Below, piece after piece: positions 1-9,060 of a stretch of DNA of 64,000 bases (position 1 is the first letter of the stretch; each line of letters begins with the position of its first letter). Source of the stretch: Gammaproteobacteria bacterium (GTDB lineage: Bacteria > Pseudomonadota > Gammaproteobacteria > Porifericomitales > Porifericomitaceae); assembly GCA_014238615.1 (NCBI GenBank), contig JABAAT010000024.1:104234-168233 (forward strand), given 5' to 3'. The notes below the pieces were generated by a model. The model was given only the letters and a program-made list of their open reading frames with translations, had not been told where the DNA came from and ran no database searches. The position numbers and the translations under genes were made by a program.

Positions 1-54
1 CTCCCCATCATGCGCATGGGGGAAACCCTGCGCGCACTGCACATCCAAAGATGA
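1..54 (+). CDS. 3' end of an upstream gene (partial), possibly an ICE TraD-like coupling protein
   Basis: Frame 1 reads LPIMRMGETLRALHIQR* and its TGA overlaps the next ATG (ATGA at 51-54). The identity is inferred only from the usual traD-DUF4400 order. Confidence 0.3.
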   Translation, partial: LPIMRMGETLRALHIQR

Positions 55-701
55 ACGGCCAGACGCGGCGCGGTGCCGGAGGCGGCCTCCTGGCGTGGCT
101 GTTCCTCCTGCTCCTGGGGCCGCCAACGGCCGCGCTGCTGTATGCCTTCTGGCCCTACCCGAAAGCGCGCGGCATGCCCCGCCTGGTCGCCAACGTGCAA
201 GCCGAATACGCCCTTTTGCACCGCCTGGAACCCGAGGCGATACGGCGTGCGCAGCGCGTGGACGCCGCCCTGCACGAACTGCTGTTCCGGCGCACCGGCC
301 TGGAGACCCTGCTACACCCTCCTCCCGGTGCGCGGGACGGCAGTACACCGCGACTGCGCGGTCTCTCTGATTTCCCGCTGGTCCTGCGCTATAGCCTGCG
401 CCTCAGCGCACTGCGCGTGGGAGTGCTGCTGGGCGTCCTCCCGCTGGTCCTGGCGCTCAGTCTGCACGCGATCATCGACGGCGCGACCGCGCGCCGCCTG
501 CGCCGCCTGCGCGCCGCGCGGGAGAGCAGCTTCCTCTACCACCGCTACAAGCTCACCCTGTTCTGTTCCCTGTGGGGCCTGGCCGCCTGCTACCTCCTGC
601 CTCCCATCATCCTGGATCCCCGCTGGATCATCCCCCCCTTTGTCATCGCCTTCAGTGCCACCCTGCGCATGACCACGGCCTGCTTCAAAAAATACCTTTA
701 G
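51..701 (+). CDS. DUF4400 / integrating conjugative element membrane protein (PFL_4697-like)
   Basis: 216 aa multi-TM protein with 'IDG..RRLRR..AARESSFLYH' and C-terminal 'FKKYL', characteristic of this family. Confidence 0.75.
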   Translation: MNGQTRRGAGGGLLAWLFLLLLGPPTAALLYAFWPYPKARGMPRLVANVQAEYALLHRLEPEAIRRAQRVDAALHELLFRRTGLETLLHPPPGARDGSTPRLRGLSDFPLVLRYSLRLSALRVGVLLGVLPLVLALSLHAIIDGATARRLRRLRAARESSFLYHRYKLTLFCSLWGLAACYLLPPIILDPRWIIPPFVIAFSATLRMTTACFKKYL

Positions 702-726
702 AGAACGCTTTTCGGGGAAAACTGCC

Positions 727-2313
727 TCACGGTTCGGGGGAGTCAGGGCCGGCGTCAGCGGGGCCGACGGCATCCTGTTGAGCACGATCCCGGGTGTGGA
801 TTTGCGCCCGGGCCCGCGTGCGCGCCCGGGCACGAGCCACCGCCTGCTCAACATAGGTACGGCGCTCCCCGGGTGTCCCGGGGATACTCTGCTCCTGGTC
901 TTGCTCTCGGGCGGCGCGCCACGCACCCAGTCTTTGCCCGCGCTCCAGGTTGCGGAGTCTCGCGTGGTCCACTTCCTCACGGCGGTGTTCCTCCCGGACG
1001 ACGGCCTCCTTGGCATCCCGGTAACTCTCCACCAGAGGCAGCCGGCTGGGACAGACATAGGAGCAGCAGCCGCATTCGATACAGTCAAACAGGCCCAGGC
1101 GCCGGGCCTGTTCCTGACCGTCCAGCGTATCGCGCCGGAGGGACGCTTGGTACAGCAGCTGCGGCAGCAGGCCGGCGGGGCAAACCTCGACGCAACGGCC
1201 GCAACGGATACAGGGCAGGTTTGGCGTGGGCGGCTCCGGGGGTTCTTCCATGACCAGAACGCAGCCCAGGGTCTTGGTGATCGGCGCGTCCAGGTCCTGC
1301 AGACGCTCCCCCGTCATGGGGCCCCCGGCGATGACATGGTGCGTCTTCCCCAGGGGATGTTCGTGGCACTGGGCCAGGCAGTGCCGCACCGAAGTGCCCA
1401 ACAGCACCTGCAGGTTGCGGGGATGGTCCACCGCGCCGGTCACCGTGACGTAGCGGGAGATGAGGGGCTCACCGTGCGTCACGGCACGGTAAACGGCGAC
1501 CGCGGTGGCGACGTTGTGCACCAGCACGCCGCTGTGGATGGCCAGTTCACCGCTCGGCACCTGCTTCCCGGTCACGGCCTGGATGAGTTGTTTCTCACCG
1601 CCGATCGGGAAGCGATCCTCCAGCCCCAGCAGTTCAATCTCCTCGTCCAGGTGCGGCTGCAGAATACACGCCGCCTCGGTCATGCTCTCGCGTAGGGCAA
1701 TAATGCAGCGGCCGGCTTGTAAGACGCGGCGCAGCATGCGGGCGCCGTGCGCGACGCATTCGGCTTTTTCGCGCAACAGGCGGTCGTCGCAGCTGACATA
1801 GGGTTCGCACTCCATGCCGTTCAGGATGAGCATATCAACCGCGTTTTCCCGGCCCTCACGCACCTTGATGTGGGTCGGGAAACCAGAGCCCCCCAGACCC
1901 ATGATGCCGCAATCAAGAATGTGATCCTGCAGCACGCCGGGTGGCTGCTCCTGGTACCCTGCCACGGGACGGAGCTCGCACCAGCGGTCCTCGCCGTCCG
2001 GCTCAATCAGGATACAGGGAGTCCTGGCGCCGCCCCGGCGCACGCCGGGATGGGGACGCACACCAAGTACGCGCCCGGAAGTGCTGGCATGTACCGGCAC
2101 GCTCACGGCCTCCCCCGAGCGGGCTACATGCTGGCCCTTGAACACGCGATCTCCCGGTTTCACCAGCACTTCGGCCGGCCGGCCGAAGTGCTGATCCAGG
2201 GGTAAGGCGATGAGGGAAGGGATCGGCGCCCGGATCGAATCGGCTTCGCTGGAAAGCGTCTTGTGCTGTTCCAGCGACAGACCGCCGTGGAAGCGGCTCG
2301 GCAGGACCTTCAA
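727..2313 (-). CDS. rsxC: Rnf/Rsx electron transport complex subunit C
   Basis: FHGG, VHASTSG, GIMGLGGSGFPT, NGMECEPY, GGPMTG, CIRCGRCVEVCP and CIECGCCSYVCP. TTG start at 2313 chosen just after the rsxB stop. Confidence 0.92.
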   Translation of the reverse strand: MKVLPSRFHGGLSLEQHKTLSSEADSIRAPIPSLIALPLDQHFGRPAEVLVKPGDRVFKGQHVARSGEAVSVPVHASTSGRVLGVRPHPGVRRGGARTPCILIEPDGEDRWCELRPVAGYQEQPPGVLQDHILDCGIMGLGGSGFPTHIKVREGRENAVDMLILNGMECEPYVSCDDRLLREKAECVAHGARMLRRVLQAGRCIIALRESMTEAACILQPHLDEEIELLGLEDRFPIGGEKQLIQAVTGKQVPSGELAIHSGVLVHNVATAVAVYRAVTHGEPLISRYVTVTGAVDHPRNLQVLLGTSVRHCLAQCHEHPLGKTHHVIAGGPMTGERLQDLDAPITKTLGCVLVMEEPPEPPTPNLPCIRCGRCVEVCPAGLLPQLLYQASLRRDTLDGQEQARRLGLFDCIECGCCSYVCPSRLPLVESYRDAKEAVVREEHRREEVDHARLRNLERGQRLGAWRAAREQDQEQSIPGTPGERRTYVEQAVARARARTRARAQIHTRDRAQQDAVGPADAGPDSPEP

Positions 2314-2315
2314 GG

Positions 2316-2813
2316 TCAGCGCCGCACCACCGCCGCAGGGGGCTCCGTGGGAGCCGCCTCCAGAACAATGCAGGCCGTGGGACAAACCGGCAGGCACAAT
2401 TCGCAACCGGTGCAGTCCTGCGCCAGCACGGTGTGCATGCGGCCCGGTGCGCCCACGATAGCGTCCACCGGGCAGGCGCGCAGGCAGCGTACACAACCGA
2501 TGCAATCGGCTTCCCGCACCCGGGCCACCCGGGCCACCTGCAGACTCCCCCGGCCGGGAGCAGGCGGCGGCTCGCAACCCAGCAGTTCAGCGAGGGCCGC
2601 CAGGGTGTACAGCCCACCAGGCGGGCAGAGGTCAATATCCTCCCGACCCGCCGCGACCGCCTCGGCATAGGGGCGGCAGGCGCTGTAACCGCAACGGCCG
2701 CATTGAGTCTGCGGCAACAGGGCGTCCACGGCGGCCGTGCGCCTGGCCAAATCATCGGTGACTTCTTCGGTGACCGTGGGAGGAAGGCTGCGACGATTTT
2801 CCATAAACTTCAA
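2316..2813 (-). CDS. rsxB: Rnf/Rsx subunit B (short form, no N-terminal membrane anchor)
   Basis: LLPQTQCGRCGY..C..YA, CPPGG, CIGCVRCLRACPVDAIVG, CTGCELCLPVCP. Confidence 0.88.
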   Translation of the reverse strand: MKFMENRRSLPPTVTEEVTDDLARRTAAVDALLPQTQCGRCGYSACRPYAEAVAAGREDIDLCPPGGLYTLAALAELLGCEPPPAPGRGSLQVARVARVREADCIGCVRCLRACPVDAIVGAPGRMHTVLAQDCTGCELCLPVCPTACIVLEAAPTEPPAAVVRR

Positions 2814-2929
2814 TTATCTCATTCGTTCATCGGGGCAGGGGGAAACCATGCAAGAGCGGCGCTGCAACCTAAGGTCTTTCCCTCTACACTGTAGCAGCGT
2901 TTCGACCACTCCCCGCTGATGACACCCTC

Positions 2930-5167
2930 TTGAAGCCTGACATTTTCCCTGCCCACGGTCACCCGGCGGCACTGCCGGCGTTGCTGCTGGCCTTAGTCCT
3001 CGCATTCCCGGCCCAGGCGCAGGCGCGGGAACCGGCGGTGCAGACTCCGGGTGCTTCTTTATGTCCTCCGCACCCGGAAGCACCCCCCGCCCCATCCGAA
3101 AACGCCCTGAAGCTCAGTTCCGAGCGCTCGGAGTACAGCGGCGACGGGCGTCTGCTGCTGGAAGGCGATGTGCGCATATCCCATGGGCGACGGCGCCTGA
3201 GCGCGGCACACGCGACCTGGCTGCAAGCGGAAGACCGCGTGGATTTAGAGGGTGATATCCGCTACCACGATCCCCAGCTGTGGCTGGAAAGCGAACGCGG
3301 CAGCCTGCATCCGAACGCGCGCCGGGCGCACTTTGAAGACCTCCGCTACCGCCTGGCAGGACGCGGCCGGGGTCGCGCCGAACTCCTGGAGCGCTTTGAA
3401 GCCATCACGCGCCTGCGGAACCTGGACTACAGCTCCTGCCCGGGGCAGTCCCCCGCCTGGCAACTCAAGCTGCGCGAGCTGGAACTGGAGCACGCGGCCG
3501 GGCAGGGCACGGCGCGCGGCGCGGTCTTCAAACTCTTCGGGGTGCCGGTGTTTTACCTCCCTTACCTGAACTTCCCCATCGGCAACCGCCGCCAAAGCGG
3601 TTTCCTGCTCCCGGTGCTGGGTCTCGGCAGCCGCAGCGGCCTTGACGTGCGCATGCCTTACTACTGGAACATCGCTCCCCAGCGTGACGCAACCCTCAGC
3701 TTGCGTATCCTGTCCCGGCGCGGCGCCATGCCGGGTCTTGAATACCGCCAGCTGCACCACAACGGCCGCGCCCTTTTCTACGGGGAACTGCTGCCTGCCG
3801 ACCTGGCTGATCGCAAGCGCCTGCGCGGCCTGCTCCGGCTGGAGCTGGAGCAATCCCTGCCCGGAGGCTGGGAAGCCGAGCTGGACTGGCGCAGTGTCTC
3901 CGATCACCGTTACCTGGAGGACCTGGGGGACACCCTGAGCCAGACCAGTGAACAGCGCCTGGAACAGCGCCTGGAACTGCACCGGCAACGCGGCGGCCTG
4001 CGCCTGACGGCACGGCTGCTGAATTTCCAGGAACTGGCTTCATCCAACGCCGCCGCCGCGAACCGTCTGCTGCCGGAACTGGAAGTTGCCTACGCCGCCC
4101 AGGGCGCCGACCTGGATTTCGGGCTACGCGGGACCCTAAGCCGTTTCCAGGGCGGCGCCGAGGCGAACGGGCTACGCCTGGATTTACTGCCGCAACTCGG
4201 CTACCGGCTGCGCTACGGCGGCAGCTACCTGCATCCCCGACTGACCCTGCGCTACACCCACTACGAACTGGAGCGGGATGGCGCGGCTGGTAAGCGGAAT
4301 GCCAAGCGCCTGCTTCCCGAACTGCGCGTGGATGGAGGACTGCGCCTGGCCGCCGGTGGACACCGCGGCGCCGCGGGATGGGAGCGCTTCCTGTACCTGT
4401 TTGAGCCGCGCCTCCTGTACCGTTTCGCGCCCTATCGTGAGCAATCCAGGCTGCCGCTGTTTGACAGTACCCGCGTGGATTTTTCCCGGGCCTTCCTGGA
4501 AGCCAACGTGGATCGCTTCAGCGGCGCGGATCGAGTCGGGGATGACAACCGCCTGGGTCTGCTGCTCGGCGCACGCGTCCTGGATCCGGAAACCGGCCGG
4601 CAATGGGCGGAGCTGACCCTGGGTCGCTACTTTCACCTGCGCCGCCAGCGCCTGCGCCTGCCTGGAGAACCTCCAGACACGGAGCGCGCATCACCGTTGC
4701 TGGCGGCCCTCCAGTGGAATCCGGCGCCGGACTGGCGCTGGCACGGCGAACTGCATTGGCGCCTGAAACAGGGCATCCTGACGCACGCTGTCAGCGCCCT
4801 GTACTATCGTGTCGGCCGCGCCCGGATCTTCAACCTGGGCTACAGGTATCGGCGGGACGCGCTGCACTTGCACCAAGTGGATGCATCCTTCCACTGGGAA
4901 TTGGGGCCGCGCTGGGCTCTCACCGGCCGCTGGCAGCGCTCGCTGCACTCATCCTCGCCGCATGACCTCGAGCTTTTTCTCGGCGTGGAGCGGCGGCATT
5001 GCTGCTGGACCCTGCGCCTGCTCGGGCGCCGTTTCGCACCTGGCGGTGTGGAAGGCTATGAAAACGGTCTGTTTTTGGAAGTGGCCCTACACGGTCTGGG
5101 ACACCTGGGGTATGATATTGTGGGTTTATTCAGGACCGGGCTACCCGGCTACCCGGGAGGTGACTGA
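2930..5167 (+). CDS. lptD: LPS assembly outer-membrane protein LptD
   Basis: Signal-like N-terminus, YSSC, VPVFYLPY.FP..RRQSGFL, PYYWNIAP, RFSGADR, CCW; lies upstream of surA. Confidence 0.93.
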   Translation: MKPDIFPAHGHPAALPALLLALVLAFPAQAQAREPAVQTPGASLCPPHPEAPPAPSENALKLSSERSEYSGDGRLLLEGDVRISHGRRRLSAAHATWLQAEDRVDLEGDIRYHDPQLWLESERGSLHPNARRAHFEDLRYRLAGRGRGRAELLERFEAITRLRNLDYSSCPGQSPAWQLKLRELELEHAAGQGTARGAVFKLFGVPVFYLPYLNFPIGNRRQSGFLLPVLGLGSRSGLDVRMPYYWNIAPQRDATLSLRILSRRGAMPGLEYRQLHHNGRALFYGELLPADLADRKRLRGLLRLELEQSLPGGWEAELDWRSVSDHRYLEDLGDTLSQTSEQRLEQRLELHRQRGGLRLTARLLNFQELASSNAAAANRLLPELEVAYAAQGADLDFGLRGTLSRFQGGAEANGLRLDLLPQLGYRLRYGGSYLHPRLTLRYTHYELERDGAAGKRNAKRLLPELRVDGGLRLAAGGHRGAAGWERFLYLFEPRLLYRFAPYREQSRLPLFDSTRVDFSRAFLEANVDRFSGADRVGDDNRLGLLLGARVLDPETGRQWAELTLGRYFHLRRQRLRLPGEPPDTERASPLLAALQWNPAPDWRWHGELHWRLKQGILTHAVSALYYRVGRARIFNLGYRYRRDALHLHQVDASFHWELGPRWALTGRWQRSLHSSSPHDLELFLGVERRHCCWTLRLLGRRFAPGGVEGYENGLFLEVALHGLGHLGYDIVGLFRTGLPGYPGGD

Positions 5168-6592
5168 TTGTCGGCAACTGATACAAAAATGCGCGACCCC
5201 TCGAAATTCCCCTCCCTCCCCCTAGTACACTCCTCCAGGCGGTCCCCCGGCAGGCGCGCCCCCGGATGCCTGCTGCTTTTGTCGGCGCTCTGCATCATTG
5301 CATGGGGACTTGCCTGGAAAACAGCGTGGGGACAGCAGCAGGCCGTGCGCATTGACAGCATCGCCGCGATCGTCAACCACGACGTGGTGCTGGAAAGCGA
5401 ACTCAGGCAACGCGAGCAACTCATGCGGGAGCGTATTCTTCAGGAAGGGTTGCGTCCCCCCGATCCCGAACGTTTGCGGCAGGACACCTTGAGGCTGTTG
5501 ATCCGCCAAAAGCTGCAGCTACAGCGCGCGGAACAGGGAAATATCCGTATCACGGAAGAGCAGCTGCAGCGCTTTCTGGAAAGCTTGGCGGCCCGTAATA
5601 ACACCACGCTGGAGGGATTCCAGGAGATCCTGGAGCAGGATGGCTTCGATTTCAAGCGTTTCGTTCAAGATGTAGGCGATGAGTTGACCATCAATAAGCT
5701 ACGCGCGGAACAGGTGGAAAGACGCATCAGCATCTCCGACCAGGAGGTGGAGCGCCACATGAAAAGACAGAGCGTGCAGGGGGACGAAGTGGAATACCGG
5801 GTCGGTCACATCCTGCTAGCCCTGGACGAGCAGGGTGATGCGGAACAGGGCGCCGCCAGGCAACGCCTGGCCGAGGAACTCAGTGAACGGCTGCGTGCCG
5901 GAGAGGATTTCCGCCAGGTGGCCCTGGAATATTCGGACGCACGCAGCGCCGCGGAAGGCGGTAACCTGGGCTGGCGGCCGGCCGGGAATCTGCCGCAATT
6001 GTTTGCGCCCCTGGTCATGACGATGCAGGCCGGGGAAAGCAGTGCCCCCATCCCCAGTCCCAACGGCTACCACATCATCAAGCTGTACGAACTCCGCAGC
6101 GGCGGTAAACCGATCATGGTGCGCCAGACCCGAGCCCGCCAGATCCTGCTCACCCCGGGAAACGAAGAAGAGGAAGCGGCGGCGCGCACGCAGTTGGAAA
6201 AACTGAAGGCCCGCATCGAATCAGGAGAGAACTTCGCGGCACTGGCGCGCATCCATTCCCATGATCTGACCAGCTTACCGCGGGGCGGGAATCTGGGTTG
6301 GATCTCCGAAGGCTCCCTGCCCCCAGACCTGGAAAGCGCCCTGGATCGGTTGGAGCCGGGCGAACTGGGCGGCCCCTTCCGAAGTGTCCTGGGCTGGCAC
6401 CTGGTGGAAATCCTGGAGCGGCGCGTGACGGACAACCTGGAAGAGCAACAGCGCGACCAGGCCCGCAAACTCATCCGGCAACGCAAAATTCAGGAAGCTA
6501 CGGAAGAGTGGCTGAACCTCCTGAGAAACGAAGCTTACATCGAATATCGCCTGCACCAAGACGACACCACGCAGAGCGCGAGCGCGGGTTGA
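5168..6592 (+). CDS. surA: Periplasmic chaperone/PPIase SurA
   Basis: IDSIAAIVNHDVVLESEL, two parvulin domains (GGNLGW twice), WL..LRNEAYIE; start may be the ATG slightly downstream. Confidence 0.92.
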   Translation: MSATDTKMRDPSKFPSLPLVHSSRRSPGRRAPGCLLLLSALCIIAWGLAWKTAWGQQQAVRIDSIAAIVNHDVVLESELRQREQLMRERILQEGLRPPDPERLRQDTLRLLIRQKLQLQRAEQGNIRITEEQLQRFLESLAARNNTTLEGFQEILEQDGFDFKRFVQDVGDELTINKLRAEQVERRISISDQEVERHMKRQSVQGDEVEYRVGHILLALDEQGDAEQGAARQRLAEELSERLRAGEDFRQVALEYSDARSAAEGGNLGWRPAGNLPQLFAPLVMTMQAGESSAPIPSPNGYHIIKLYELRSGGKPIMVRQTRARQILLTPGNEEEEAAARTQLEKLKARIESGENFAALARIHSHDLTSLPRGGNLGWISEGSLPPDLESALDRLEPGELGGPFRSVLGWHLVEILERRVTDNLEEQQRDQARKLIRQRKIQEATEEWLNLLRNEAYIEYRLHQDDTTQSASAG

Positions 6593-7626
6593 ATCCGGCG
6601 CCCTTGGCCGCCCTCCCGCTGGCCGTCTGCCCAGGAGAGCCGGCCGGAGTCGGCCCGGAACTGTTGCTACGGCTGCTGAGCGAGACCCCGCCGCCACCGC
6701 CCTTGCTGGTCTTCGCCAACCCGGAGTTGCTGCGCCGGCGTATCCGCGAATTGCGCCTGGAATTGCGTCCGCGCTTGGCGGAAGCGGAACCCGAAGAGTT
6801 CCACAAACTCCCACCGGCGGCACCCGGAGAGTTCTGGGTACGACCAGCACCCCTGGCCCGTGTGCCGCCTCCCGGGAAACCCGATCCCGCAAACGCTGCG
6901 GGTGTTCTGGAAGCCCTGCGCCTGGCCTGCCGGGCCTGCCTGGCTGGTTCCTGCAGCGCCCTGGTCACGGGCCCGGTCTGCAAGCGCAGTATGCACCGGG
7001 CAGGCATCGCCTTCCCCGGGCATACCGAATTTCTGGCTTCACTCTGCGATACAGACACTCCCGTGATGCTCCTCGCAGGCGGCGACCTGCGCGTCGCGCT
7101 GGCCACCACGCACTTGCCGCTGGCCGCCGTGGCGCGCACCCTGAACAGCGCATACCTGGAGCGCGTACTGCGTGTGCTGGACGGCGATCTGCGCCGCTCT
7201 TTCGGATTCTCCGCGCCGCGAATCGGCGTGCTCGGCCTCAATCCCCATGCCGGAGACGGCGGCGCGCTGGGGAACGACGAGCAGGAGTGGATGCAACCCC
7301 TGCTGGAACGTCTGCGGGCCGAGGGCCTGCAACTCCTGGGGCCGATCGCGGCAGACACCGCTTTTCTCCCGGAACAGCGCGCCCGCAGCGACGCCCTGCT
7401 GGCGATGTATCACGATCAGGGGTTGCCGGTGCTCAAGGCGTTGTACTTCGACGAAACCGTGAACATCACCCTGGGCCTGCCTATCGTGCGGACCTCGGTG
7501 GATCACGGCACCGCCTATGACTTGGCCGGCACCGGCCGCGCCCGCCACGACAGCCTGCGGGCCGCCATGCACACGGCCACGCTCCTGTGGCGGAAACGCG
7601 CGGTCGCGGCGCCGGCGACTTCTTGA
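6589..7626 (+). CDS. pdxA: 4-hydroxythreonine-4-phosphate dehydrogenase
   Basis: GEPAGVGPE, GHTEFL, GLNPHAG, AMYHDQGL, NITLGLPIVRTSVDHGTA; TTG start overlaps the surA stop. Confidence 0.95.
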   Translation: MNPAPLAALPLAVCPGEPAGVGPELLLRLLSETPPPPPLLVFANPELLRRRIRELRLELRPRLAEAEPEEFHKLPPAAPGEFWVRPAPLARVPPPGKPDPANAAGVLEALRLACRACLAGSCSALVTGPVCKRSMHRAGIAFPGHTEFLASLCDTDTPVMLLAGGDLRVALATTHLPLAAVARTLNSAYLERVLRVLDGDLRRSFGFSAPRIGVLGLNPHAGDGGALGNDEQEWMQPLLERLRAEGLQLLGPIAADTAFLPEQRARSDALLAMYHDQGLPVLKALYFDETVNITLGLPIVRTSVDHGTAYDLAGTGRARHDSLRAAMHTATLLWRKRAVAAPATS

Positions 7627-8438
7627 AAAACCCGCGCCGCCGCCTGGGCCAGCACTTTCTGGACGACACGGAAGTGGCTGAACGCATCGCCGAGTTGGCA
7701 ATCCCGGAAGGCCCTGGCGTGCTGGTGGAAATCGGCCCCGGCCGCGGCGCCCTGACCGCCCCGCTGCTGGAGCGTTGTGCCAGGCCGTGGGGGCTGGACG
7801 CGGTGGAGATCGACCCGATCCTGGCCACGGGGCTGCGCCGCCGCTGGGGAGAAAACAGCGGCCTGCGGCTGCATGAGGCGAACGCCCTGCACTTCGACTT
7901 CGCGGCCCTGGCGAAACTGCGGCGCAAACTGTACCTGACCGGCAACCTGCCCTACAGCATCTCCACACAACTGGTGTTTCGGTTGCTGCGCCTGGGGGAA
8001 CGCCTGGGCGGGATGCTGTTTATGCTGCAGGCAGAAGTCGCGTTGCGCGCCTGTGCGGCGCCCGGGGGCAAGACGTACGGTCGCCTCTCGGTGATGCTGC
8101 AAAGTTATTGTGAGACCGAGTTGCTGCTGCGCGTGCCGGCCAGCTCCTTCAAACCTCCCCCGCGCGTGGAGTCGGCCGTGCTGCGCCTGCGCCCCCGCGC
8201 ACCGGGGATACGCGTGCCGGCGGCCTTGGGAGAACTGACGCGGCGCGCCTTCAGCGCGCGCCGCAAGACGCTGCGCAACGCCCTGCGCGACTGCTGCGAG
8301 GCGCGCGACCTGGAAACGGCCGGCCTGGACCCGGAAGCACGCCCGGAACAGATCCCCGTGGAGGGCTGGCTGAAACTTGCGGCGCACCCGGGAAAGCGCA
8401 TCGAAGCCGCGTTGCGCGGCCTCCCCAGTCAACCGTAG
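7623..8438 (+). CDS. rsmA: 16S rRNA dimethyladenosine transferase KsgA
   Basis: LGQHFL, EIGPGRGALT, GNLPYSIST, FKPPPRVES, RRKTLRN; TTG start overlaps the pdxA stop. Confidence 0.95.
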   Translation: MKNPRRRLGQHFLDDTEVAERIAELAIPEGPGVLVEIGPGRGALTAPLLERCARPWGLDAVEIDPILATGLRRRWGENSGLRLHEANALHFDFAALAKLRRKLYLTGNLPYSISTQLVFRLLRLGERLGGMLFMLQAEVALRACAAPGGKTYGRLSVMLQSYCETELLLRVPASSFKPPPRVESAVLRLRPRAPGIRVPAALGELTRRAFSARRKTLRNALRDCCEARDLETAGLDPEARPEQIPVEGWLKLAAHPGKRIEAALRGLPSQP

Positions 8439-8474
8439 CCACAAGTTCCCGCTGACGCGGTACTGTACTTCACC

Positions 8475-9038
8475 ATGCACCCCACGAACGACAAACTGCC
8501 TCTCCCCGGCGGCCTCCTGGGAACCCTGGTCCGGTTCCTGGAGCTGCCGGTGGAATACGCCGGGCGCCTGGCGGCCTGGCTGGTGCCCGTTCTGATGCTG
8601 CTCATCGTTTACGACGTCGGCATGCGCTATTTCTTTCACAGCGGTTCGGTGCGCCTCCAGGAGCTGGAATGGCACCTGTTCGCATTGGTCTTCCTGCTCG
8701 GGGCCGGCCACACCTTGTGCCATGACCAGCACGTGCGGCTGGACCTGCTGCGCCAGGGCCGCTGGATGAATGAGCGGCGGCGTCACTGGGTGGAAATCCT
8801 GGGCAGCCTGCTGCTGTTGCTGCCCTTTTGCCTGCTGCTGATAGACAGCTCACTGCCCTTCGCGGAACAGTCCTATCGACAGGCCGAAGGCTCCCCGGAT
8901 CCTGGCGGGTTACCGTACCGCTGGTTGCTCAAGGCCGTCATCCCGTTCGCCTTCCTGTTGCTGCTGCTGGCCGGACTGGCACGCCTGCTACGCTCCGTCG
9001 CGGCCTTGCGCGCCCGCTCCCCCAGCCCAGATTCCTGA
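8475..9038 (+). CDS. TRAP transporter small permease (DctQ family)
   Basis: 4 TM segments; QELEWHLF, HVRLD, EGSPDPGGLP. Confidence 0.9.
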   Translation: MHPTNDKLPLPGGLLGTLVRFLELPVEYAGRLAAWLVPVLMLLIVYDVGMRYFFHSGSVRLQELEWHLFALVFLLGAGHTLCHDQHVRLDLLRQGRWMNERRRHWVEILGSLLLLLPFCLLLIDSSLPFAEQSYRQAEGSPDPGGLPYRWLLKAVIPFAFLLLLLAGLARLLRSVAALRARSPSPDS

Positions 9039-9060
9039 TCCCACACGGCGGCTTTCCCCC

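Noticed and set aside
2314..2577. N-terminal extension of RsxC or an RsxB-RsxC fusion
   Set aside because: It overlaps rsxB in another frame; rsxB has its own stop at 2316 followed by a TTG start
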